Shown here piece after piece: positions 56,136 through 64,000 of a stretch of 64,000 nucleotides of DNA. The DNA is from Bacteroidales bacterium. Lineage in GTDB: Bacteria > Bacteroidota > Bacteroidia > Bacteroidales > UBA7960. The translations under genes and the position numbers were made by a program. Location: assembly GCA_019429365.1 (NCBI GenBank), contig JAHYJD010000003.1, positions 30,689 through 94,688 on the forward strand. Direction: 5' to 3'. Below the pieces are notes generated by a model. It was not told the DNA's origin, made no database searches, and worked only from the letters and a program-made list of their open reading frames with translations. Position 1 is the first letter of the stretch. Each line of letters opens with the position of its first letter.

Positions 56136-58184
56136 ATGCAAAAACCTAAAATATCAAAAGAACTCGAAAAGCGGGTCATTGATACCATCAGAACCCTTTC
56201 AATGGATGCAGTGCAGGAGGCCAATTCAGGCCATCCCGGAACGCCCATGGCCATGGCGCCAGTGACCTTTACGCTTTACAATCGGTTGATGAAGTTCAAC
56301 CCCAAAAATCCAACTTGGATGAACCGCGACCGTTTTATCCTGTCGGCTGGTCATGCTTCAATGTTGCTTTACGCGACACTGCATGTAACAGGATATGAGG
56401 TCAGCCTTGACGAAATAAAATCGTTCAGACAACTTCACAGCGCCACTCCGGGCCACCCGGAATATGGCCACACCCCGGGTGTGGAAACAACCACCGGCCC
56501 ACTGGGACAGGGACTTGCAACCAGCGTTGGCTTTGCCATCGCACAAAAATGGCTGGCTGAGCGATATAACAAGCCGGGTTTTAACCTGATTGATTATCAT
56601 ATTTATTCACTGGCCGGCGATGGTTGTATGATGGAGGGCATTTCGTATGAAGCGGCTTCATTGGCCGGGCATTTAGGCCTGAATAACCTGGTTTGGATTT
56701 ACGACAGTAACAATATCACCATCGAAGGTAGTACTTCACTGGCTTTCTCTGAGAATGTGGCCAGACGTTTTGAAGCGCAAGGCTGGAATGTACTGGCAGT
56801 TGATGATGCAAACGATACCGAAAAATTGCATCAAACGCTTACCAAGGCCAGGAATGCAACCGATGCCCCCACATTGGTTATTGTGAAAAGCCATATCGCT
56901 TTTGGTGCTCCCAATAAACAGGACACACACGGCGCTCATGGCGCTCCATTGGGCGATGAGGAGATCAGAGAAACCAAGAAATTTTATGGTTGGGATCCGG
57001 ATAAAAAATTCTTTGTACCCAATGATGTTTCGCAACACGCCCTTGATATTGCTAACCGTGGCTTGAAACAAAATGCCGAATGGGATGAGCTTTTTGCAGC
57101 TTATCAGAAAGAATACCCGCAACTGGCCTCCGAACTGATTATGATTCAGAATAATGAATTGCCTGAAGGCTGGGACGCCGGATTACCGGTGTTTGAAGCA
57201 GGTACCAAAATGTCGGGCAGGGTTGCCAGCAGTAAAGTGTTGAATATTCTGGCTGGCAACATCCCATTTATGATGGGCGGATCGGCTGACTTATCGCCTT
57301 CCACGCTAACTGATATTAAAACTGAAAGCAGTTTTGAAAGAAATAATCCGGGTGGCAGGAATATGCACTTCGGTATCAGGGAGCATGCCATGGGCGCCAT
57401 CGCCAACGGAATGGCACTGAGTGGCCTGCGGACTTATGCTTCCACATTTCTGGTTTTCTCAGATTATATGCGTGGATCCATCCGCTTGTCGGCGCTGATG
57501 AAGCTGCCGGTAACCTATGTTTTTACCCACGATAGCATTGGGGTAGGCGAAGATGGCCCAACCCACCAACCCATTGAGCAGGTGGCTTCGCTTCGGGCAA
57601 TACCAAACCTGGAGGTGATCCGACCTGCCGACGCCAATGAAGTAGCTGTGCTTTGGAAACACATTGCTGCACAAAAACAAAATCCTGTAGCCCTGATCCT
57701 AAGCCGTCAAGACTTGCCGGTGATCGACAGGGATGTTTATGCCTCAGCCAATGAAGCATTGAAAGGAGCTTACGTATTGATGGACAGTAGCCAGAATCCC
57801 GATATAATACTGATGGCCACCGGTTCGGAAATTCAGCTTGCGTTACAAGCCGCTGAAAAATTAAAAGACCGTAACATCCAGGTCAGGGTGGTGAGCATGC
57901 CATCCTGGGAGCTTTTCGACCGGCAAGACGAAGCCTACCGCCGGTCAGTCCTTCCTCATCATGTTAAAGCTCGAATAGCAATAGAAGCCGGGGCGCATAT
58001 GGGCTGGCATAAATATGTTGGGCTGGATGGGGCTGTCATCGGCATGCAATCTTTTGGCGCCTCCGGAAAATTACCACAACTTTTGTCAGCATTTGGGTTT
58101 ACAGCCGACAATATTACTGAAACGGCACAATCACTTTTAAATATCGAAAAACTAAAAACAAATTCAAATGAACCAAAACACTAA
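56136..58184 (+). CDS. tkt: Transketolase (full-length, single polypeptide)
   Basis: ANSGHPGTPMAMAP, GDGCMMEG, and the HDSIGVGEDGPTHQPIE motif. Confidence 0.95.
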   Translation: MQKPKISKELEKRVIDTIRTLSMDAVQEANSGHPGTPMAMAPVTFTLYNRLMKFNPKNPTWMNRDRFILSAGHASMLLYATLHVTGYEVSLDEIKSFRQLHSATPGHPEYGHTPGVETTTGPLGQGLATSVGFAIAQKWLAERYNKPGFNLIDYHIYSLAGDGCMMEGISYEAASLAGHLGLNNLVWIYDSNNITIEGSTSLAFSENVARRFEAQGWNVLAVDDANDTEKLHQTLTKARNATDAPTLVIVKSHIAFGAPNKQDTHGAHGAPLGDEEIRETKKFYGWDPDKKFFVPNDVSQHALDIANRGLKQNAEWDELFAAYQKEYPQLASELIMIQNNELPEGWDAGLPVFEAGTKMSGRVASSKVLNILAGNIPFMMGGSADLSPSTLTDIKTESSFERNNPGGRNMHFGIREHAMGAIANGMALSGLRTYASTFLVFSDYMRGSIRLSALMKLPVTYVFTHDSIGVGEDGPTHQPIEQVASLRAIPNLEVIRPADANEVAVLWKHIAAQKQNPVALILSRQDLPVIDRDVYASANEALKGAYVLMDSSQNPDIILMATGSEIQLALQAAEKLKDRNIQVRVVSMPSWELFDRQDEAYRRSVLPHHVKARIAIEAGAHMGWHKYVGLDGAVIGMQSFGASGKLPQLLSAFGFTADNITETAQSLLNIEKLKTNSNEPKH

Positions 58185-59244
58185 ACTTATTTATTCAAAG
58201 GGAGTTAGCCTTTGGCTCGACAATATCACCCGCACGATGCTCGATGATGGCACGCTCAAACAATACATCCAGGAATTAGGCATTACAGGCCTGACTTCCA
58301 ACCCGACCATTTTTGAGAATGCCGTTGCCAAGACCAATGATTATGATGCTGCAATACAGCAGGTTGCTACCAAAGAAATGACCGATGAAGACCTGTTCTT
58401 CACCTTGGCTATTGAAGACATTCAGCGGGCTGCCGATTTTTTCAGGCCTGTTTTTGAACGAACCAACGGTCTCGACGGATTTGTGAGTATCGAAGTATCC
58501 CCGCTGCTTGCCTACGATACTGAAAATACGCTGGCTGCAGCCAAAACGATTTTTAAGGAAGTCAATCGGCCCAATGCCTTTATTAAAATTCCGGGAACGC
58601 CCGAAGGCCTTCCTGCCATAGAGAAAGCCATTGCTGAAGGCATTCCTGTTAATGTTACGCTCCTATTTTCGGCTGAGCAATATAAAGCCGCAGCAGCAGC
58701 CTACCTCAAAGGCATTCAGCAACGTATTGCAAAGGGCTTAAACCCCGATGTGCGCTCGGTAGCTTCGGTATTTGTGAGTCGTTGGGATAAAGCCGTTGCC
58801 GATCAGCTTCCCGATGATTTGCAAAATCGCCTGGGTATTGCCGTGATGCAAAAAACCTATCAGGCTTATCTCGAATTTTTGGCTTCGACCGAAGTTCAAA
58901 CGGTGATGAATGCGGGTGTTTTCCCGCAGCGCTTATTGTGGGCAAGTACTGGGACCAAAGATCCAAAAGCATCCGATATATTGTATGTAAAAGAATTGGT
59001 CGCCCCATATGTTGTGAATACTGTGCCTGAAAACACCCTGCTTGCCTTTGCCGATCATGGTGAAGTTAACAATATGATGCCGAAAAACCTTTCAGAAGCT
59101 GACGATATCCTGGCTGAGATGGCAAAATACAAAATTGATTACAAGCAACTTGCCATCCAGTTGCAAAGCGCAGGAGCCGAAGCATTTATCCAATCGTGGA
59201 AACATTTGGTTGAAGCCATTCGGATAAAAAGATCACAACTTTAA
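58168..59244 (+). CDS. tal: Transaldolase (long, about 360-aa type)
   Basis: [11 protein letters not shown]...[13 protein letters not shown]...FIKIPGT. Overlaps tkt by 17 nt. Confidence 0.9.
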   Translation: MNQNTKLIYSKGVSLWLDNITRTMLDDGTLKQYIQELGITGLTSNPTIFENAVAKTNDYDAAIQQVATKEMTDEDLFFTLAIEDIQRAADFFRPVFERTNGLDGFVSIEVSPLLAYDTENTLAAAKTIFKEVNRPNAFIKIPGTPEGLPAIEKAIAEGIPVNVTLLFSAEQYKAAAAAYLKGIQQRIAKGLNPDVRSVASVFVSRWDKAVADQLPDDLQNRLGIAVMQKTYQAYLEFLASTEVQTVMNAGVFPQRLLWASTGTKDPKASDILYVKELVAPYVVNTVPENTLLAFADHGEVNNMMPKNLSEADDILAEMAKYKIDYKQLAIQLQSAGAEAFIQSWKHLVEAIRIKRSQL

Positions 59245-59254
59245 ATCTATAGAA

Positions 59255-60871
59255 ATGAAGAAAACAAAATTGACGGAATCGGCCGTCTGGAAAAAACTTG
59301 ACAGGCAAAGCCAGAAAATAAAAGAGGATTCGCTTAGGGCGCTTTTTGAGCGGAACCCTGATCGTGTTAAGGACTTTTCATTGCAATCACAGGGTATTTA
59401 CTTTGATTACTCTAAACAGCTTATTGACAAAGAGACCATGGGCCTCTTGCTTGAGCTGGCAAGAGAACAAAAAGTAAAAGAACGCATGGATGCTATGTTT
59501 GCCGGTAAAAAAATCAATTCCACCGAGAACCGGGCTGTTTTGCATATGGCCCTGAGGGCCCCTGCCAATGCCGAATATTTGGTGGATGGCAAAAATGTGA
59601 TGCCCGAGGTTCACCAGGTACTCAGTAAAATGACCGCTTTTGCCGAAAAGGTGCGGAATGGACAATGGCTGGGTTATTCCGGAAAACCCATAAAAAACAT
59701 TGTCAATATTGGTATTGGCGGGTCAGACCTTGGCCCTGTTATGGCTTACGAAGCCCTGAAACATTACGCTCCATCCGATATGGTGTTTCGCTTTATTTCT
59801 AATATCGACGGCAGTGACTTTGCTGAAGCTACAAAAGACCTTGATCCGGAAGAAACTTTGTTTATTGTGGCTTCCAAAACCTTTACCACACTCGAAACCA
59901 TGACCAATGCCCAAACGGCCAGAAAATGGTTTTTGGAAAAAGCCAGGAATGAATCTTCCGTTGCAAAACATTTTGTGGCGGTTTCAACCAATACGGCTGA
60001 AGTACAAAAATTCGGCATCGATCCGGAGAATATGTTCGGGTTCTGGGATTGGGTTGGCGGTCGCTACTCCATGACCTCATCCATTGGGCTCTCAACAATG
60101 ATAGCCATCGGAAGTGAATTATATGGAGAAATGCTTAAAGGCTTTCATTTAATTGACGAGCACTTCCGCAACGCTCCTTTTGAACAAAATATACCGTTAA
60201 TAATGGGTTTGCTCAACATCTGGAACAATAATTTTCTGGATGCGCATACGCAGGCCATTCTGCCTTATGATAATTATCTGAAGCGCTTTCCTGCTTATCT
60301 GCAGCAACTTACTATGGAAAGCAATGGAAAGCATGTGACCCTCGATGGGGAAACAGTTAATTATCAAACCGGAACCATTTACTGGGGCGAACCCGGCACC
60401 AATGGACAACATTCTTTTTATCAGCTTATACATCAGGGAACACGGCTCATCCCCTGTGATTTTATTGGGTTTAAACAAAGCCTGAACCCACTAAAGCCAC
60501 ACCACGATTACCTGATCGCAAATATGATTGCCCAGGGCGAGGCACTGGCTTTTGGCAAAACCCTTGAAGAAGTCATTGGCGAGGGTATCGAAGAGTCGTT
60601 GGCTCAGCACAAAGTTTTTGAAGGGAACCGTCCATCTTCAACTTTCTTTCTGGAGAAACTAACCCCCGAAAACCTGGGTAAGCTGATTGCTCTATATGAA
60701 CACAGTGTTTTTGTGCAGGGTGCTGTCTGGAATATCAACCCCTTTGACCAAATGGGCGTGGAATTGGGTAAAGTGCTCGCACAAAAAATCATTCCAGAGC
60801 TGATGAATAAAAGCACTCAAATAAACCATGATGCTTCTACCAATGCCTTAATAGAACTTTTCAGGCAATAA
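59255..60871 (+). CDS. pgi: Glucose-6-phosphate isomerase (long, about 540-aa type)
   Basis: [11 protein letters not shown]...[11 protein letters not shown]...GGRYS...ESNGK...[15 protein letters not shown]. Confidence 0.95.
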   Translation: MKKTKLTESAVWKKLDRQSQKIKEDSLRALFERNPDRVKDFSLQSQGIYFDYSKQLIDKETMGLLLELAREQKVKERMDAMFAGKKINSTENRAVLHMALRAPANAEYLVDGKNVMPEVHQVLSKMTAFAEKVRNGQWLGYSGKPIKNIVNIGIGGSDLGPVMAYEALKHYAPSDMVFRFISNIDGSDFAEATKDLDPEETLFIVASKTFTTLETMTNAQTARKWFLEKARNESSVAKHFVAVSTNTAEVQKFGIDPENMFGFWDWVGGRYSMTSSIGLSTMIAIGSELYGEMLKGFHLIDEHFRNAPFEQNIPLIMGLLNIWNNNFLDAHTQAILPYDNYLKRFPAYLQQLTMESNGKHVTLDGETVNYQTGTIYWGEPGTNGQHSFYQLIHQGTRLIPCDFIGFKQSLNPLKPHHDYLIANMIAQGEALAFGKTLEEVIGEGIEESLAQHKVFEGNRPSSTFFLEKLTPENLGKLIALYEHSVFVQGAVWNINPFDQMGVELGKVLAQKIIPELMNKSTQINHDASTNALIELFRQ

Positions 60872-60919
60872 CGAGTCATTCTGAAAAAGTACAAAGAGCA
60901 ACTCTTCAACTCCAAAAAC

Positions 60920-61114
60920 TTGCTCAGGCATATTAAGACGGCCCTTTTTGTTGGAATCATACTTAATCTGATCAACCAGGGCTATCTGCTCTGGGGTTTT
61001 CAATGGTCGGATATTAAGTTAACAAAATTCGTCCTTACTTTTTTCGTGCCTTTTGCAGTGTCGGTTTACAGCGCTGCGCAAGCTCGTATTCATTCAGATA
61101 AAAATCAAGAGTAA
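60920..61114 (+). CDS. Small membrane protein, possibly NrtS family
   Basis: 64 aa. IKTALFVGIILNLINQG...FFVPFAVSVYSAA resembles the NrtS-type small transporters as I remember them. TTG start. Confidence 0.4.
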   Translation: MLRHIKTALFVGIILNLINQGYLLWGFQWSDIKLTKFVLTFFVPFAVSVYSAAQARIHSDKNQE

Positions 61115-61845
61115 TGATAAAGGCAGTCATTTTTGACCTCGATGGAACCCTGGTTCAGACCGAAATCCTTAAGGCAGGGTCATACGCCCAAGCCATGCAC
61201 CAAATTAGCCATGGCCAGGTAACAGAAAGTGAAGTTGAGGCAGCATTTAAGGACCTAGTGGGGTTGAGCAGGGCTGAAGTGGCCGGCAATTTGGTACAGC
61301 AACATCTGCAGCACCTTATTCCTGATGCTTTTCCTGATATGGAGGCTGCCGTAAGGGAATTAATATCGCTCAGGCTTGATATTTATGCCCAGATGACTTC
61401 CGATCCGGCGGTCTTGCCTAAATATAGCTGCGAATTTAATATTGGCCTGTTGAATACTTCACGCCAGTTAAAAATGAAAACCGGATTGGCTACCATGTCG
61501 CATCAGGTGCAGGTAGAAAAGGTGCTCAACATCCTGCAGTTGCAAGATCATTTTGACCGGATCATTACCCGCGACATGATTCAGAATGGAAAACCAGATC
61601 CAGAAATTTACCTGAAAATGGTTGAGCAGTTGCAGGTACAACCACAGGAAGCCATAATTATTGAAGATTCCGTAAGTGGAATTAAGGCTGCCATGAATGC
61701 AGGTATTCAAGTGTTTGCGGTTACCAACAGGCTCACTCGGTTCAGCGTCAACAGCAGCAATATGCTTGATCCCCAATTTATTATTAATGATGTAAAGGAA
61801 CTAAACCTGAGGGTTATGGATTTTATAAAAAGTAAAGCAGCTTGA
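61114..61845 (+). CDS. HAD-superfamily hydrolase (subfamily IA, beta-phosphoglucomutase/phosphatase-like)
   Basis: MIKAVIFDLDGTLVQTE (DxDGT), ...GKPDPEIYL..., IIEDSVSGIKAA. Confidence 0.8.
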   Translation: MIKAVIFDLDGTLVQTEILKAGSYAQAMHQISHGQVTESEVEAAFKDLVGLSRAEVAGNLVQQHLQHLIPDAFPDMEAAVRELISLRLDIYAQMTSDPAVLPKYSCEFNIGLLNTSRQLKMKTGLATMSHQVQVEKVLNILQLQDHFDRIITRDMIQNGKPDPEIYLKMVEQLQVQPQEAIIIEDSVSGIKAAMNAGIQVFAVTNRLTRFSVNSSNMLDPQFIINDVKELNLRVMDFIKSKAA

Positions 61846-61895
61846 TGGTTGCCCTTTTAATTTTCGGAATCGGATTTTTTTATTTCGGTTTTAGT

Positions 61896-61922
61896 TGTAA
61901 GGATGACCTTCGGCCAGCGACT
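61896..61922 (+). promoter_or_regulatory. Candidate ECF-type promoter P5
   Basis: TGTAAGGATG (61896-61905), then CGACT (61918-61922). 15-nt spacing. Intergenic, 128 nt upstream of the rhodanese-thioredoxin gene. Confidence 0.45.
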
Positions 61923-62049
61923 CTTTGATCGTATTAAATCAAAGTAATTTTTTAAAACTGATCAAATAAGCATGTGCACATTCGTTCACACACAGGAGAA
62001 TGTCCACACAGGCGATTCCATGTACCCGAAATATTAAAATTATGAACAC

Positions 62050-62772
62050 ATGAAAAAGAAAATAATAATTGCAGCCCTCTTTTTTGCTTTCTCCGGCCTG
62101 CAGGTTTTTTCGCAAAAGGCCGAAACGCTACAACTAAGTTCCAAAGAGTTTAAAAACAAAATCGAATCTGGCAATGGTGTTTTGCTTGACGTAAGAACCC
62201 AGCGCGAATTTGAAAACGGACATCTGGAGGATGCCGGCCAGTTGAATTATTATGCCTTGGATTTCAGAAGGCGTTTGCTGCTGTTGCCAAAGGATCAACC
62301 CATTTATCTTTACTGCAATACTGGATATCGCAGCGACCGCGCAGCAAGTTTCCTGGTAAGCAACGGCTACACCCAGGTGTACAACCTGCAACATGGAATC
62401 ATGGAATGGGAACTGGCCGAACTCCCTGTGATTGTCGAAGCCAATGCCATGCCCGATTTAGATGATAAATTTGAACCTGCTGAGTTTGCGGCACTGATAA
62501 AAGAAAATGAATTGGTTTTTATTGATTTTTATGCACCCTGGTGCGGACCCTGCCGGCAAATGATGCCCATGATCGACAGCCTGAAAGTGGAATACCATGA
62601 AAGAATACCGATCGTTAAGGTGAACGCCGACGCCAGTAAGCGATTGATGCGTGAATACAAAATAGTAAGCGTACCTTACCTGGTTATGTATCAAAACGGT
62701 GAAATGATTTTTGAGCACAAGGGCATTATTGACCGGAAAAACCTGATCGAAGTATTGGATGCACAATTATAA
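62050..62772 (+). CDS. Secreted rhodanese-thioredoxin fusion protein
   Basis: Signal peptide MKKKIIIAALFFAFSGLQVFSQ. Rhodanese active-site loop YCNTGYRS. C-terminal thioredoxin domain with WCGPC. Confidence 0.8.
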   Translation: MKKKIIIAALFFAFSGLQVFSQKAETLQLSSKEFKNKIESGNGVLLDVRTQREFENGHLEDAGQLNYYALDFRRRLLLLPKDQPIYLYCNTGYRSDRAASFLVSNGYTQVYNLQHGIMEWELAELPVIVEANAMPDLDDKFEPAEFAALIKENELVFIDFYAPWCGPCRQMMPMIDSLKVEYHERIPIVKVNADASKRLMREYKIVSVPYLVMYQNGEMIFEHKGIIDRKNLIEVLDAQL

Positions 62773-62783
62773 AACGCCAAACC

Positions 62784-64000
62784 ATGGAGGATTTAAAACG
62801 CATACAAAACATTCCTGACACCGATAAAAAACGTGTGGTGATTATTGGTGGAGGATTTGCCGGCTTGCAATTGGCTCAGAAACTTTGTACCAAGCCATTT
62901 CAATTGGTCATGCTCGATAAGAATAACTATTATCAGTTTCAGCCACTCCTGTATCAAATTGCCACGGCTGGCCTGGAACCTGGTTCCATCTCGTTCCCGC
63001 TCCGGAAATTCTTTCAAAAGTATAAAAACGTGCATTTTCGCATGGCCGAAGTGCAGCAGGTTAATCCTGAAAAAAATGAAGTAGTTACCGATATTGGAAA
63101 CATTCATTACGATTATCTGGTCATTGCTTCTGGCGCTACAAGTCACTTTTTTGGTTTGGAAAATATCCAAAAATATGCCTTGCCCATGAAGTCCCTTACT
63201 GATGCCATCTTTATCCGTAATTACCTGCTTTCTAACTTGGAAAAAGCGCTCAACGAAACGGATCCTGAACGCATTGAAAGCTACCTGAACATTGCCATTG
63301 CAGGGGGTGGCCCAACGGGAGTTGAACTTGCCGGGGCTCTTGCTGAAATGAAAAAATATGTTTTTAACAAAGATTATCCCGAGCTCGATTTGAGCCTGAT
63401 GAGGATCATGCTTTTTGAGGGTTCGCCCGCTTTGCTGTCGGGTATGTCTGATTCGGCATCTCAAAATGCCAAACGTCACCTTGAGAAACTGGGCGTTGAG
63501 GTGAATTTGCAATCGCGGGTTACCAATTTTGATGGAAAAAAACTTTTCCTCAAGGATGGCAAGAGTTTTAACACCCACACGCTAATATGGGCGGCAGGAG
63601 TAGCGGCCAATAAGCCCGGGGGTATTTCAACGGAAGTTTTGGGCCGCGGCGGCCGCATTATGGTTGATCGGTTTAACCGGGTAAAAAACCACAACAATAT
63701 TTTTGCAATTGGTGATGTATGTATCATGGAAACACCGGCCTATGCAAACGGGCACCCTCAGGTAGCCCAGGTGGCGTTGCAGCAGGGCGCCTTGCTGGCA
63801 AAAAATTTTCAGCGGATCACCAACAATAAAGCGATGGTGGAATTTGAATATAAGAACAAAGGCATCATGGCTACCATTGGGCGCAACCTGGCCGTTGCCG
63901 ATTTGCCCTGGATCAAAATGAGTGGCTTTCTGGCCTGGGCGCTTTGGTCGGTCATTCACCTGATCAGCATTGTTGGTGCAAAAAATAAAATCTCGGTGCT
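62784..64000 (+). CDS. ndh: Type II NADH:quinone oxidoreductase (NDH-2), 3' end outside window
   Basis: Absent from the ORF track because no stop occurs before the window end. ATG 62784 gives MEDLKRIQNIPDTDKKRVVIIGGGFAGLQLAQKL (first Rossmann GxGxxG). A second motif follows (IAIAGGGPTGVELAG). The frame is open to nt 64000. Confidence 0.85.
   Translation, partial: MEDLKRIQNIPDTDKKRVVIIGGGFAGLQLAQKLCTKPFQLVMLDKNNYYQFQPLLYQIATAGLEPGSISFPLRKFFQKYKNVHFRMAEVQQVNPEKNEVVTDIGNIHYDYLVIASGATSHFFGLENIQKYALPMKSLTDAIFIRNYLLSNLEKALNETDPERIESYLNIAIAGGGPTGVELAGALAEMKKYVFNKDYPELDLSLMRIMLFEGSPALLSGMSDSASQNAKRHLEKLGVEVNLQSRVTNFDGKKLFLKDGKSFNTHTLIWAAGVAANKPGGISTEVLGRGGRIMVDRFNRVKNHNNIFAIGDVCIMETPAYANGHPQVAQVALQQGALLAKNFQRITNNKAMVEFEYKNKGIMATIGRNLAVADLPWIKMSGFLAWALWSVIHLISIVGAKNKISV

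Noticed and set aside
62793-63578. 261-aa minus-strand ORF
   Set aside because: It is antisense to the + strand NDH-2 gene (62784 to the window end). That gene has clear Rossmann motifs and was missing from the track only because it lacks a stop inside the window.

Overview
The window looks like Bacteroidota-type chromosomal DNA. This is inferred from gene content, recurrent TAnnTTTG -7 boxes and Bacteroidota-style signal or lipoprotein peptides. It is almost fully coding. I saw no rRNA, tRNA, CRISPR array, transposase or integrase.

Layout:
- 0-7.6 kb: housekeeping and envelope genes (greA, HIT, ruvC, flippase-like plus GT2, an OmpA protein with a long polyacidic linker, and a membrane-tethered HMA copper protein).
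- 7.7-22.7 kb: a copper and respiration block. It holds an atypical NirK-like three-cupredoxin protein convergent with a 12-gene co-directional Alternative Complex III (actABCDEF) - SCO1 - caa3 oxidase - ctaB cluster.
- 23.2-26.9 kb: a REC-adenylate/guanylate cyclase and a hybrid histidine kinase.
- 26.9-42.5 kb: core metabolism (pgk, aminotransferase plus omega-amidase, parE, a TonB-dependent-like barrel, UXS, rfbD, metX, a D-cysteine desulfhydrase-family enzyme, crtW, lycopene cyclase).
- 42.6-64 kb: an ECF sigma factor with a small soluble RsrA-like ZAS anti-sigma. After it come many thiol, sulfur and redox genes: AhpD-like, secreted thioredoxin, two DsrE-like paralogues, YceI, a cysteine-dioxygenase-like cupin plus LysE, an outer-membrane barrel plus DUF3179 lipoprotein, and a NAD(P)HX epimerase. 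The block continues with a complete gnd-zwf-pgl-tkt-tal-pgi pentose-phosphate operon, a secreted rhodanese-thioredoxin fusion and NDH-2.

Main result: a conserved bipartite motif, tTGT(A/C)AGGA(A/T)(G/T)-N11/12-CG(T/A)C, which I found by eye six times. All six are on the + strand and all sit upstream of + strand operons between 43.0 and 61.9 kb. I interpret them as the target promoters of the adjacent ECF sigma. That would define a thiol-oxidative-stress regulon linking envelope sulfur and thiol proteins to NADPH regeneration. Novelty cannot be established without database searches.
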